A stretch of DNA of 64,000 nucleotides from Candidatus Thiodiazotropha sp. (ex Monitilora ramsayi) (GCA_025655575.1 JAHXIP010000009.1:7500-71499), one strand, 5' to 3'. Shown: positions 29,217 through 41,700, counted from the first letter of the stretch. The notes: generated by a model not told the origin, from the sequence alone. Translations and numbers: made by a program.

Positions 29217-31040
29217 TCATGTAGGGGATACCTCCGGCGGCAAAGATGCCAACGCCTGCTGCTCCTTTTGCTGCAGTTGCCACATCTGGTGATAAACACC
29301 ACCTAACAGCAGCAGCTCACCATGGGTACCCTGTTCGACGATGCGGCCCCTCTCCATCACTAGGATACGATCCGCATCCACAACCGTGGACAAACGGTGA
29401 GCGATCACCAGTGTCGTATGATCTCTCGCCACCTCCCGCAGGGTCTCCTGTATCGCTTGTTCAGTCTTGCTATCCAGAGAGGACGTAGCTTCATCAAAAA
29501 CCAGGATGCGTGGACGTTTGAGCATCGCACGGGCGATAGAGACTCGCTGCTTCTCTCCGCCGGAGAGCTTCAATCCCCGCTCGCCCACAACCGTCTGATA
29601 GCCGTCCGGCAGTTGATCAATGAACTCAGCAATGTGTGCGATTCGCGCCACTGCCTCGATCTCCTCCAGGCTTGCTTCTGGTCGACCATAGGCCAGATTA
29701 TAGAGAATGGTATCGTTGAATAGCACAGTATCCTGGGGCACGATGCCTATCATGGAACGCAGGCTCCTACGAGTCACCTTACGGATATCCTGCCCATCAA
29801 TGGTAATACGGCCACCCGTGACATCGTAAAAGCGAAACAGCAAACGCGAAAGGGTCGATTTGCCGGCACCACTGTGGCCAACGACAGCCAGCTTCTCACC
29901 GGCAGCGATATTGAAATTCACCTTCGAGAGGATCTGACGTTCCGGCTGATAGAAAAAATCCACCTGCTCGAAACCCACCACACCACCATCAAGTTTCAGC
30001 TCCGCCGCATCCTGAGCATCGGTGATCTCTGGATTCTCCTCCAGCAGCTTGAAGATCAGGTCCATGTCCGCCAGGGAGTATTTGATCTGACGATAGACGA
30101 TGCCAAGGAAGTTAAGCGGAATAAACAACTGCAACATGAAAGCGTTGACCAGCACCAGATCACCGATGGACATACTCCCTTCTACGACACCATTGGCAGC
30201 AAAGATCATCACGAAGGTGACGCCGACGGCGATAATGCCGCCCTGTCCGAAATTCAGTAGAGACATGGAGGTCTGGCTTTTTACGGCATTTTCCTCCCAG
30301 TCGGCAAGCGTATTATCGAATCGCCTAAGCTCCAGGGGTTCATTACCGAAGTACTTCACCGTCTCATAGTTGATCAGACTATCGAAGGCTTGGTTGTTTG
30401 CCTGGGAATCAAGGCGATTCATGACATGGCGATACTCCATACGCCATTCGGTGATAGCTAGCGTAAAGCCTACATAGACCGCGACTGTGCCGAAAGTGAC
30501 CAGTGTGAAGATGATGTCATACTGGGTCAGCAATACGACTGCTACCAGGGCGAATTCCACCAGCATCGGGATGATACTGAAGACCATATAGTTAAGGATC
30601 GTGCTGACCGAACGGGTACCCCGCTCCAGATCCCGGCTGATGGCGCCGGTTTGGCGCTCCAAATGAAAACGGAGCGATAGTTCATGCAGATGATTCAACA
30701 CCCGATTGGAGAGATTGCGCATGGCCCGATAGCGGACCCGGGCAAAAATAGCATCGCGTAATTCGTTAAATAACGCACTACCGAGTCGCAAGAGCCCATA
30801 GCCAAGGAGGAGAAACAAAGGCAGTATCAAGATTGTCTGCTCCCCCTTCTCGAGTCCATCGACAATCTCTTTGAGCACCAGAGGTATACCCACATTGGCC
30901 AGTTTGGCCAACACCAGGCAGCCCAGGGCGAACAGCGCCCGCCCCCGGTATTCCCAGAGAAAAGGCAGCATATTTCGCAAATTATGAAAATCGCGCCGGT
31001 CCTTGTGTACCGGGGCCTGGGATTGGATATGGCGAACCAT
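29217..31040 (-). CDS. ATM1/HMT1-like ABC exporter (fused TMD-NBD)
   Basis: FHLERQTGA, NYETVKYF, GHSGAGKS, LSGGEKQR, DEATSSLD, IAHRLST. Confidence 0.93.
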   Translation of the reverse strand: MVRHIQSQAPVHKDRRDFHNLRNMLPFLWEYRGRALFALGCLVLAKLANVGIPLVLKEIVDGLEKGEQTILILPLFLLLGYGLLRLGSALFNELRDAIFARVRYRAMRNLSNRVLNHLHELSLRFHLERQTGAISRDLERGTRSVSTILNYMVFSIIPMLVEFALVAVVLLTQYDIIFTLVTFGTVAVYVGFTLAITEWRMEYRHVMNRLDSQANNQAFDSLINYETVKYFGNEPLELRRFDNTLADWEENAVKSQTSMSLLNFGQGGIIAVGVTFVMIFAANGVVEGSMSIGDLVLVNAFMLQLFIPLNFLGIVYRQIKYSLADMDLIFKLLEENPEITDAQDAAELKLDGGVVGFEQVDFFYQPERQILSKVNFNIAAGEKLAVVGHSGAGKSTLSRLLFRFYDVTGGRITIDGQDIRKVTRRSLRSMIGIVPQDTVLFNDTILYNLAYGRPEASLEEIEAVARIAHIAEFIDQLPDGYQTVVGERGLKLSGGEKQRVSIARAMLKRPRILVFDEATSSLDSKTEQAIQETLREVARDHTTLVIAHRLSTVVDADRILVMERGRIVEQGTHGELLLLGGVYHQMWQLQQKEQQALASLPPEVSPT

Positions 31041-31190
31041 GTTATGAAACAATATCTGAACGACAAACGTGAATCTTATCGGATTTCAGGCCAGCATGCG
31101 CTTTTACACGCATAATCCAAAGGGTTTGGAGTCGAGCAGATTGGCAAGAATCGGTTACAATTGCCGGCAAATTCATCTCAGCGGAATACT

Positions 31191-31547
31191 ATGAACCAAG
31201 ATTGCAGCTACAACGAACTCTATCCTCTACAGGTGCTGGATGACAGCATGGAACCAGAGTTTCCCGAAAAGTGCATTATCGTCATAGAACCCGCTGACGT
31301 CTGTGCCACCGGTGCATATGTAGTGGCCGAGGCCCAGGGCGACCGTTGGTTTCGACAGTACATCTCCGAAGGCGATGCAGGGAAACGACTGGTAGCACTA
31401 AAGGCTGGCTACCCTGACATCGAACTGGTCGATGGTGAGTACAAAATTATCGGTGTCATCGTACAGCGAAATATCGGGCGCAAGGTCAAACACTATCATC
31501 CATATGTGCCCAATGGCGTTCCACCCAAGCAGATTGAAATCAACTAA
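31191..31547 (+). CDS. Stand-alone peptidase S24/LexA C-terminal-like domain, probably non-catalytic
   Basis: LQV..DSMEP.F....IIVIEP, YVVA, IIGVIV. No HTH domain; the catalytic Lys position reads R (WFRQY). Confidence 0.75.
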   Translation: MNQDCSYNELYPLQVLDDSMEPEFPEKCIIVIEPADVCATGAYVVAEAQGDRWFRQYISEGDAGKRLVALKAGYPDIELVDGEYKIIGVIVQRNIGRKVKHYHPYVPNGVPPKQIEIN

Positions 31548-31659
31548 TACTTTCCTGCCATTTCGGTCTATTCTCATAATGTGTCCTGGAGACACAACCG
31601 GCCGCTAGAGCCGTGGCATGAAAATGACCGCTGAACGCCTATAAAAAGGAGAGAAACAC

Positions 31660-31893
31660 ATGAACATCGATCTCGCTGACGTCACCCTACATGTAGACGA
31701 AACACTCGACTCAGACGGTTTGTCTCAACTGGAAGATGCATTTCGCAGTCGTGAGGGCGTTGTATCTGTCCATGTGGATCAAAGGCGTCCCCACCTCTTC
31801 GTCTTGGAATACAATCCCAAGTTGGTGAATAGCAAAGACCTGGTAAAAATCCCGCAGTTTCAGGGATTGCACGCAGAGCTTATCGGTCTGTAA
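31660..31893 (+). CDS. Small HMA/ferredoxin-like fold protein without CxxC
   Basis: AAAAGGAG RBS; beta-alpha-beta-beta pattern (LE..F...EGV.SV, ..YNP). Confidence 0.7.
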   Translation: MNIDLADVTLHVDETLDSDGLSQLEDAFRSREGVVSVHVDQRRPHLFVLEYNPKLVNSKDLVKIPQFQGLHAELIGL

Positions 31894-32254
31894 ACCCACT
31901 GCCTGGATTCACCGGCAGATAACGAAACCCGCTCGGAATCTAAAGGCATTACCGCCTTCCAGGCACTGAATAGCACTCCATTGTCAAAATGGCACACTGC
32001 CCTGTCTTTATAGGACCAATCGGTCAGTGACTTCAAGCATACTCCCTCGCTCCACTTTTTGGTGCCTGCCAAGGGAATTGCCACTGATGACGAACCACGC
32101 CTTGATCTGGGTATGCATGAAGCTCTGAACATGCCGAATTTAGTTGCCGGGCAAATAGTACATCACCACCTCCTCGCCAGGAGGTGTAAACTATCCAGCA
32201 GGCTTCAATCCCAGACAACCAAATAACAGAATTATGACGAACAGGAGCATGGGC

Positions 32255-33382
32255 ATGCAGAGAGTGACCATTGTAGGCAGTGGCTTTGCCGCGCTGACTG
32301 CTATCAAGACCCTTCGTTCACAAGACAGTTCGATAGAGATCACTGTCGTCAGCCCAAAAGCTGAGTTTCACTATCTGCCAGGTTCGATCTGGATCCCCTC
32401 CAAGATTCGGGAACCTGAGGATCTAATCATTCCACTGCAAAGCTTCTACACGCGTATGAATGTCAGGCATATTGCCGGAGAGGCTACCGGTCTCAGTGAT
32501 GATGGGCGCACGCTTAAAACCACCGAGGGAGATATCGAAAACGACGGTCTGATTATCGCTTCAGGCGGCCGTTTTATAAAAAAGCTACCGGGAATCGAAC
32601 ATGCAATCACCCCCTGTGAAGGTATTGCTGCCACGATGCAGATCCGCGAGCGCCTAGCTTCGCTGGAAAGCGGCACCATTGCCATCGGTTTCGCCGGAAA
32701 TCCCAAGGAACCCAGCGCGATGCGCGGGGGACCGATGTTCGAATTCCTGTTTGGTATCGACCGCCAGCTCAGACTCGAAAAGCGCCGTGATAAATTCAAA
32801 CTCATCTTCTTTACTCCAGCGGAAAATCCAGGGCAAAGGCTTGGACCGAAAGCAGTAAAAGGTCTGGTTCGAGAGATGGAGAAAAGGGATATTGAGACTC
32901 ACCTCGGGTATAAGATGGTGGCGTTCTCACCAACCCAGGTGACAACCGAAGGGGGGGCTTTTAGTGCCGACCTTATTCTGTTTATGCCGGGTATGACTGG
33001 TAATCAGTGGTTTGATCAAACCAACCTGAAGCGCTCTCCCGGTGGTCTTATCAAAGCAGATACCCTATGCCGGGTAGAGGCTATGGAGAAAGTCTATGTA
33101 GCCGGAGACTCAGGCAGCTTTCCAGGACCTGAATGGTTGCCTAAACAGGCTCACATGGCAGATCTTCAAGCCATCGCAGCGGCAAAAAACCTATTGATTG
33201 AATTTAAAGGTGGTGCACCGACCGAGACTTTCAAAGTGGAGTTAGTCTGTATTGTCGATAGTCAAACCAGCGGCATGCTGGTTGCCCGCACCATGAAACA
33301 GAATATCGTTTTGCCCAGTATGGTCATTTTCCACTGGCTCAAGCGTCTCTTTGAATGGTGGTATCTGCGTCGGTACCGCTAA
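32255..33382 (+). CDS. sqrF: Sulfide:quinone oxidoreductase type VI (SqrF-like)
   Basis: GSGFAAL, IASGGR.IKKLPGIEHA, PCEG, GNPKEPSAMRGGPMFE, LPKQAHMADLQA, ELVCIVD. Start at ATG 32255 after AGGAG. Confidence 0.9.
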   Translation: MQRVTIVGSGFAALTAIKTLRSQDSSIEITVVSPKAEFHYLPGSIWIPSKIREPEDLIIPLQSFYTRMNVRHIAGEATGLSDDGRTLKTTEGDIENDGLIIASGGRFIKKLPGIEHAITPCEGIAATMQIRERLASLESGTIAIGFAGNPKEPSAMRGGPMFEFLFGIDRQLRLEKRRDKFKLIFFTPAENPGQRLGPKAVKGLVREMEKRDIETHLGYKMVAFSPTQVTTEGGAFSADLILFMPGMTGNQWFDQTNLKRSPGGLIKADTLCRVEAMEKVYVAGDSGSFPGPEWLPKQAHMADLQAIAAAKNLLIEFKGGAPTETFKVELVCIVDSQTSGMLVARTMKQNIVLPSMVIFHWLKRLFEWWYLRRYR

Positions 33383-33421
33383 TAGTAATCTGGCAAGGAG
33401 GTAGCGCGCAGTGAAAATTTC

Positions 33422-34642
33422 ATGGAGAACCAAGTGAGTCACGGAAAAGATCCAGCCGACTCTAACGCACAGCTAAAAGAGCTGTTGCAACACGAAGAGC
33501 AGAAGAGTGAGCGCTACGCCAACCATGTCAGACTGTTGTTTACTTTTCTCTATTTTGCAGTCGCCTTTGGTATTCAAAATGAACTGCCGACTCACTCGTT
33601 TCAGGCGATCATCGTCGCCTCCCTGATGAATCTCTTTTATGCGATAGCCGTCTACTTCATACTCAAAGAACAACGCCCACCAAGCTGGATAAAGTATCCT
33701 TCGATCAGTGTCGATATTATTCTACTCTCTGTCGTTATCTACAGCTTTGGTACTTTTCGGAGCTTTAAAACAGAAGCCTTTCTTCTTTACTATCTGTGGA
33801 TCGGTCTCTCTACCCTAAGGTTTTCTCCGCGACTGACGCTGGCGGCAGGCCTGCTGAGTATCGGCGCCTATCTGATAATTATCTTTGCGGCCATAGGCTC
33901 TCAGAGTATAACCCTAGGTACGATTACCGATGAGTTTACAACCGAGCGGGTTAGCGCTATCAATATCGTGTTACGACTGGTATTCCTCTCCGCATTCATT
34001 GCTTTGGCTGTCTATATCGCAAAGGTCTTCCGCATAATTGCATCCAGGGCACTCACTAAACAATTACTTCAGGCCAGACATGATCGTGTGAGTGAAACTT
34101 TAGATAAGTTAAGAGCCACACAGAAACAGCTTGCCAATAAAAACAGAGAACTGGCAACCCTGTCTGAAATCGATCCTCTCACACAATTATACAACCGTCG
34201 CAAGATAGACCAATTCATGTCAGAGGCCTTGGTAAGCGCCGATCCTCCACACTCTCAAGTGGCTTTAATTCTGTTGGATATTGACCACTTTAAATCTTAC
34301 AACGATCAATACGGGCACCAGGTGGGTGACAGAATCATACAAACTGTTGCAGAAGTCCTGCGAAAGACCATACGCGGCAACGACAACATTGGGCGCTGGG
34401 GTGGAGAAGAATTTATCGTCGTCTGCCGGGAAACTGACATCGAAGCTGCCATGACACTTGCAGACAGACTGAAAACATCAATAGAGTTCAATGAAGTTGA
34501 AACCGATGAAAAAGTCACCTGTAGCTTCGGCGTTACCACTTATCGGGATGGTGACACGGCAGACAGTCTATTGAAACGTGCGGACGAGGCTCTGTACATA
34601 TCCAAGGAACAGGGACGAAATCAGGTAACGTTCGTAGCCTGA
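33422..34642 (+). CDS. Membrane-bound diguanylate cyclase
   Basis: N-terminal TM bundle, DPLTQLYNRR, DIDHFK, RxxD I-site (RGND), GGEEF. Confidence 0.93.
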   Translation: MENQVSHGKDPADSNAQLKELLQHEEQKSERYANHVRLLFTFLYFAVAFGIQNELPTHSFQAIIVASLMNLFYAIAVYFILKEQRPPSWIKYPSISVDIILLSVVIYSFGTFRSFKTEAFLLYYLWIGLSTLRFSPRLTLAAGLLSIGAYLIIIFAAIGSQSITLGTITDEFTTERVSAINIVLRLVFLSAFIALAVYIAKVFRIIASRALTKQLLQARHDRVSETLDKLRATQKQLANKNRELATLSEIDPLTQLYNRRKIDQFMSEALVSADPPHSQVALILLDIDHFKSYNDQYGHQVGDRIIQTVAEVLRKTIRGNDNIGRWGGEEFIVVCRETDIEAAMTLADRLKTSIEFNEVETDEKVTCSFGVTTYRDGDTADSLLKRADEALYISKEQGRNQVTFVA

Positions 34643-34681
34643 AAACTATGGACTAACTTGCTATGAACCCAAACACTGAGA

Positions 34682-35131
34682 TCACAACCTGAATTTTCGT
34701 TCCAGCTGATCAGCAATTAAGTCATAACCCTTAAATCGCATCTCCGCAATCTCCCCACTCTCCTCGTAGATACGATTCAGCCGCTCAAGGACAGCAGGCT
34801 CATCGGGTGACAGCCTTTGTTTGATGAATGCCTCTGCCAGGCCAATATATACGCGATAAGCCTCAATATAGGATCGGTAATCCCTGCTACCCGTATGGGC
34901 GAGAGAATGCTCGAACTGTATGTATTTTCGCAACAACCGCTGATGGTTCGCCCGGTTATAGTAGAGATCGGAGACTTCTGGTACTTTGCAGGAAGATGAG
35001 ATAAACAACAGATCATCGACAGTATAGTTCTGTGTGCTTGATGTTAAATCAAAGCAGGCAATATGTTGCCCAACAACAGGGGATGAAAATCCGAAAAAAA
35101 AGAGGGCTGATGCAAGTATCCATTGCCACAT
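34682..35131 (-). CDS. Hypothetical exported protein
   Basis: Signal-peptide-like N-terminus, two Cys; no family recognised. Confidence 0.7.
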   Translation of the reverse strand: MWQWILASALFFFGFSSPVVGQHIACFDLTSSTQNYTVDDLLFISSSCKVPEVSDLYYNRANHQRLLRKYIQFEHSLAHTGSRDYRSYIEAYRVYIGLAEAFIKQRLSPDEPAVLERLNRIYEESGEIAEMRFKGYDLIADQLERKFRL

Positions 35132-35250
35132 CGCTGCCTACCTATATTGTCACCATATTATTTCAAAGATATGACAGTAACCTATAGTCGAAATAGGAAA
35201 GACTGTAAATATTGGAAATGGGTTGGACAGGCAGAGATTGCCGGGCGTAT

Positions 35251-35715
35251 TTATATCACCTCAGACAATCGACGTTCGATCTCATCAAGATTAGGGATAT
35301 AGGCAGGACTCAGGTCCAGCTCCACCGCTTGTCTGATCAGCGGGTCTTCCTCTGCCGATGGCTCTGGCTTCGGCATGACGTTATCCGTTGTTACCCTTAC
35401 CAAGCTGGGGATGGCCTGCACCACCATACCGAAGTGGGAGAGCCTGGGATTGCCATTGAGCGCATTCATAATTGCGATTCTACCTCGGTGTCCGGGGGCA
35501 ACACCTTCACCGCCCAACATAGCCTCGAAAGAGATCACCGGTATCAATACACCACGCCAGGCCATGTTCCCTAAATACCATTCAGCTCCCTCCTCTACCG
35601 CTTCCGGTGGCTGGTAGCCCATCACTTCCGCTACCACAGCATTCGGCAACAAAAGCTGCCGGTCAGCCAGAGGAATAAGCACGCTTCTCACTTCACTGAC
35701 GACTGCACTATTCAC
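35251..35715 (-). CDS. chpC: CheW-like protein ChpC
   Basis: LLLPNAVVAEV, WRG..IPVISFE; overlaps the chpA stop. Confidence 0.85.
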   Translation of the reverse strand: MNSAVVSEVRSVLIPLADRQLLLPNAVVAEVMGYQPPEAVEEGAEWYLGNMAWRGVLIPVISFEAMLGGEGVAPGHRGRIAIMNALNGNPRLSHFGMVVQAIPSLVRVTTDNVMPKPEPSAEEDPLIRQAVELDLSPAYIPNLDEIERRLSEVI

Positions 35716-38700
35716 TGTCTCGTCTCCGCCAGCACTTCATTGATGCTATCGAGCAAATCTGACTCCTGATAGGGCTTGCCCAAACAACGTTTGACTCCCA
35801 GATCGAAGGCCCGCTTGCGATGTTTATCGCCCACACGCGATGAGATCATGATAATCGGCAGACCGTAGTAGTCCACGGAATTATTGATATGTCTCGCCAG
35901 CTCGAAACCGTCCATGCGAGGCATCTCTATATCCAACAACATGATGTCGGGTACCTGCTCCTGCAACATGGTGACCGCTTCGACGCCGTCTTTCGCGGTT
36001 ATGACATCCATATCATTGCGTTCCAGCAGCCTGCTGGTGACCTTACGCACAGTAATCGAGTCATCCACAACCATCACACGCAGGCGGTCCTCAGCACGCT
36101 TACGTTCGCCGGCCCTGGCCGCTTCGGTACCTACCGCATGCGTCGCATCCATGCGCACCAAGGCGGCCAAATCCAAAATCAAAGCCACACGGCCATCGGC
36201 CAGTATGGTGCCGCCAGTGATCCAACGAACGCTGCCTACCTGTTTACCGAGGGATTTGACCACCACCTGTCGGGTGCCCAGTAGTTCATCCACTTGCAGA
36301 GCCACCTGGTGATCACCGGTCTGCAGCAACAGCAGGGGAAGCCACCGGGAAGCGTCAGGCAGTTCATGCTGCCCCATACCCATCATACGGCCAAGGTATT
36401 CAATCTTATAATTCTTACCGGCATAGTTGTAACCACTCTGCTCGCCGGCATAACAAGCCATCAACTCTTTATGACGAATTCTGACCACACCGTCCACACT
36501 GCCGTGAGGGATAGCACAGACTTCATCACCCACTCGCATCAGCAGCGCATCGGTGATTGCCAGTGTAAGTGGCAGGCGAATAATAAAACTGGTGCCACGA
36601 CCTGGCTGGGAATCGATCTCTAGAGAACCACCCAGTTGCTTAACCTCACTGGTCACCACGTCGAGACCAACACCACGCCCAGAGATTTGCGTGACTTCCT
36701 TAGCGGTACTAAAACCGGGAATCAACACACACTGAATCAGGTCATCATCACTGATCTCTGCATTCGCATCGATCATGCCCTGATCGATGGCTCGTCGACG
36801 GATAGCGCCGATGTCGAGACCCTTACCATCGTCGGACAAGGTAATCAGAACATCATTCGCTTCCCGATCCACATAGAGGGAAATCCGACCGACAGCCTGT
36901 TTGCCTGCCTGCTCTCTATCTGTCGGCCGTTCGATGCCATGGGAGACGGAATTACGCAACAGATGCTCAAACACCGGGATCATGCGATTGAGAATACCGC
37001 GGTCCAACTCGCCTTCAATGCCAAAGCACTCCAGATTGGCTTTTTTGTCCAGCTGACTCGCAGTCTGCCTCACCAACCGCTGCAGACGCGGCACGAGTTG
37101 GGCGAAGGGCACCATTCGTGTGCGTAACAATCCATCCTGCAGATCCGTCGATATACGAGATTGCTGCAGTAGCAGGGTATCGGTTTCCCGCTGCAGGTCA
37201 TTCAGCGACTCATTAATGTTACCTAAGTCGTTAACCGTTTCGGCCAGCGCTCGGGAGAGTTGCTGGATGGTGGAGAATCGATCCATCTCCAATGGATCGA
37301 ACTCCGTTTTCTCAAGATCTTCCTTCTCATGATCCCTATCCCAGCGATAGAGAATTTGCGCCTCGGTTTCGATCTCGAGATTGCGTAGTTGTGTGTAGAG
37401 TCGGGAGACGGTCTGCTCCAACTCCGAAAGGTTGAAGCCGAGCACACTATTTTGCTGCTCAAGGCGTGCACGGTAGATACTGACTTCACCTGCATGATTC
37501 ACCAAGCGGTCCATCAGTTCGCTGTTGACCCTGACCTGCTCCTTGCTGCGTTTGAAACCCTCTTTCTCTTCCTTGTTTTCCTCGCCGAGCAGTGCCTCAA
37601 GTCCTGGGGCTAGCGGGATGATATCGGCGGTTCTTCGCTCAGTCTCTTCAGAGACTTCATCAGCCTGATCAGGTTCTGTTTCAACAGGTTCGCTATCGTC
37701 AGACTCAGATTTGACCTGTATCGCCTCCACCATACCGCTCTCGGCTGTTTCGAGCTCACCGCCCAGCAGGGTATGCAGGCCTGTCACCAATTCATCGGAG
37801 GCTGGCACTTTTCCAATGGAACCGATCATCTCCACCTGATGAGCCAGAAAATCGATCGCTTGACGGGCAGCATCTGTCACCAGCGGGAGAGGATCTACCT
37901 CTTCCTGCGCCAGGGCTGTCATCAGGGACTCAACCGCATGGCTGAGATCACCGACCGGCATGATACCTGCCAAACGCGAACTGCCTTTCAGGGTATGCAG
38001 ATTCCGCTGCACGCCTTCGATCAATGAGAGATCTTCAATCTGCTCCATCCAGGCCTGAAAGTGGGTCTCGATCTGCTCGACAAAATCCTTAGCCTCCTCG
38101 ACGAAAATCTGTACCAGTTCCTCGTCCTCGCCAACGTCGAGCAGGATATCCTCTTCCATGACAACGAAGGAGTCGTCCGCCTCGTCAGACAATTCTGCTT
38201 CCGAATCGTCAAGCGCTAAAACATCATCCGCAATGTTTAGGCTCTCATCACTTGTGATTGCCGGAGGCTCAACTTCGTTGTGGGCGTCATCCGCAGGCGA
38301 TGTCGACTCATCCAACTCTTCCTGCAAATGCGGGTCGAAGGTCTCTTCCTGCTCCATAGCGGGTGAATGCAGCAATGATTCAAGCCTTTGTATCAGCTCA
38401 TCAGCCACAGGAATACCACCCGAGCCTTCGGCCGCATCAGTCTGTGTGGCGAGTAAATCCAGCGCCTCACGACTGGCATTGAGAACCGCTTCGCTGGGTT
38501 CCAGCTTCACCACCGAGATGCCGGACAGCAGCGATTCGAGGGCATGACTTAAATCACCGACCGGTTCTATACCTGCCAGACGGGAACTCCCCTTGAGGGT
38601 ATGTAACGCCCGCTGCATCTCATCAAGTGGTCCATGATCTGCTAAATTTCCTGACCAAGCGGCATGGCTTTCATCAAGAACGCCGAGCAGCTCACGGGAC

Positions 38701-41700
38701 TCTTCAATGAAGATCTCGACCAGTTCAGGATCACCCTCAAACTCATACAAATCACCTTCGTGGATAAAACTTAATGGCTCTTCGTAGTAGTCAGAGGGAG
38801 TTTCATCATCGGCAGCCGGCAACTCAACAGCTGTCTCTTCAGTTTCCTCCAGCTCCTGTTGCAATAGAGGATCGATAGTATCCTCATCGGGCGTCTCCTG
38901 CCCTTCTTCGGCTTGGCCTATCTGCTCAATCCGCTCGAGCAAATCGTCCGCTTGTGCCACCTGACCGGTTACCGCTGTCTGATCGGTCTGACTGGCAAGC
39001 CGGTCCAATGCCTCTCTCACCACACTTTTGAGTGGTTGCGTGAACGATAACTCTCCGCTGGTAAGACGATTGAACAGCGTCTCAAGGGCATGACTCAGCT
39101 CCCCAACCGGCATAACACCGGCCAATCTGGAGCTACCCTTAAGTGTGTGTAAAGTACGTTTAATATCGTCGGTGATTGCACCATCGTCAGGCGATACGGA
39201 CCATTTCTCAAAATCCTGGTCAAGGGTTTCCAGTAATTCCCTGGATTCCTCAACAAAGATTTCAATCAACTCCTGATCTTCGTCTAATTCGAAAAGCGCA
39301 TCGTCATCGGCAGAAACCGGTGCTGAATAAGTGGCACCCTCACTGACAGCTTCAGACTCCCCTGTCAGCTCAATAGACTCCTGCAGATCACTCAGATCCC
39401 AGGGTGTATCTTCTGCTTCATCATTAGCAGGTATGGATTCGCCGTCAGTTTCAGGCAGTAGGATGACTTCAGGTACGGTTGATTGTTCAGTATCAGTCGA
39501 CTCGAGAATATCCTGAGATTCTTCATCAAGATCAGCCAGTGCACGCTGCATACGATCCAGACAGGTCTCAAACGGCGGCTCAGGCAGCGTATCGCCAGGT
39601 AACCAGACCAGCAATTCACGAATGCAACTCACGCCGCTGTTCAGCAGATCTGTGACCGGTGCTTCTGCCAGGTGCTGTTGCTCATGCAGGATTCTCGTAT
39701 AGCTCTCCATGGTCTCAGCCAGCCTGGCAATGGGCATGATGCCAGCCATATTGGCACTGCCACGCAGTGTGTGGCAGGCTCGCGCCACTTCTTCACTCAC
39801 CTGAATGGGAGGCTCTGTACCGGTTGCAAGCTGCAGGAAGGTCTCTATCTCCTGCAAGTGGGTCTCCGACTCCTCAGCAAAAATACTGAGCAGCTCACTG
39901 TCTACTTCAATATCCAGCTCAGAATCGTCGAGATCCTGCCAATCATTCACCTCCGTTTGAGAATCAGCTTTCTCAGCTCCCCCGGTTTCGGATGAATCAA
40001 CAGAATCTTCGGATAGTAACGAGAATCCAGAAAGCTCGGTGTCAATATTCAGTGACAACTCATCATCACTCTCAATCTCATGGGGAAGTGGCTGATCCTC
40101 TATCTCGACGGGTAACTCCATCTCGACAAGGGTTTCCGACTCATCAAGTGAAATCGACGATGGGGTTGCCGATTCTGGTTGCGCCTCATCGACTGTAAGT
40201 TCGACTACCTCTGCAGATTCTGCAGGTAGTGCCTCCTCCACCGGAAGCGGTGCTGGTGAGGTGGTCGGTTCCTCTTCCAGCGTTTTCCCGTCCGCCAAGG
40301 CAAAGGCATCCTGTTCCAGCCTTGAGACATCGATAGTCGGCACTATCCCCTGTTCCTGGCAATCAATCAGCTCCGGCAGGGCATCGCTCACACTATCGAG
40401 AAGGTTCATCATCTGCGGACTGGCAGATATAGTCCCTTCGATCATCCGGTTTAGCATATTTTCCACTGACCAGGCGAGTTCGCCGATGGTCTTGGCGCCA
40501 ACCAGGCGACCACTGCCTTTGAGAGTATGGAAAGAACGACGTATCGTGGTCAGTGCGTCCTCATCTTGTTGATTCTGACGCCACTGGGGAAAACGCTGTT
40601 GAATGGTTTGCAGTTCTTCCCGTGCCTCTTCGATAAATATTTCCAGAATTTCCGGATCGATCTCCTCCAGAGCCGGTTTGTCGACAGATGCGGTTGGCAT
40701 CTCCTCAACCTGACTGTCTGGCGCTGCAGGCGGTTCGGCTGCTTCAGTTGTCTCGGCTTCGAACGTCACCTCATCCGGCAGTTCCGGGGTATCAAAATGG
40801 AGACTGCTTTCACCGAATTCCAGGTCTGAGACAGCCTCCTCATCCAGCTCGATGCCTTCGGTTTGGTCGGCTGAGCCACTCAGGTCTATGACCTCAGCCG
40901 GTTCGGTGTACTCGGTAACCTCTCCACCTTCACTCAGCAAATTACTCAGCGAGGCACTGGCAATTGAGAGAATCTCCTGCCGATCACCCGCCCCATCCAC
41001 TAGCGTCTCTAAGTAGTATTCAAGACTACTGATAACATCAGCCAGATAGTTGAGTTGGTGCCGCTGGGGTGGCTCATTCTGCTCAATCAGTTGCGACTGA
41101 ACAAAGCTGCCGGTCTGCATCATGATATCAGCTGCATCCGACAAGTTGAGCATGCGCAATGCACCCTCAACACGCTTGAATCCGTCTCGCACACTGACCA
41201 GCACTGAAGCATCATCCGTAGCTTCGGTGTAACCGATAATGACTTCCTTGGCCTTGGCGATATCCACCTTGGCTTCACGCACGGTCTGCTTGATCAGATT
41301 TTCGAGTTCACCCTCAGGCATATCAAGACCCCAGCCGTCCTCGGCCGCAAGTTCTTGTGTCGGTTGTGCTGTATGCAGGGTACTGAGAGAGGACTCAACA
41401 AAGAGGATGTCACCCGCCATCTCCATCAACTCAAACTCTTCCGGCATACTCCCTTTGTCGACAAACCCCTTAACCTTGTCAGCCTGTCGGTTGAGCCTTG
41501 AACGCAGGGCTCCCTGTCCGATCATGCCCAACGTATCCGCCAGCTTGCGTATCGGCGCTTCCAAATGAGCCAACATCTCCATATCCGCTTTCTCATCGCG
41601 CATAAAGAGATCGAGAATATCCTTGATACGGGTCAGCTCGATGCTGACTGCATCCCTGATTGATTCAGCCAGCTCCGCATTGGAACCGGAAAGACCTTGT

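Noticed and set aside
32167-32186. CACCTCCT-CGCC-AGGAGGTG hairpin containing a perfect Shine-Dalgarno
   Set aside because: No credible ORF follows it on either strand, and sqrF has its own RBS about 60 nt downstream. Function is unsupported.
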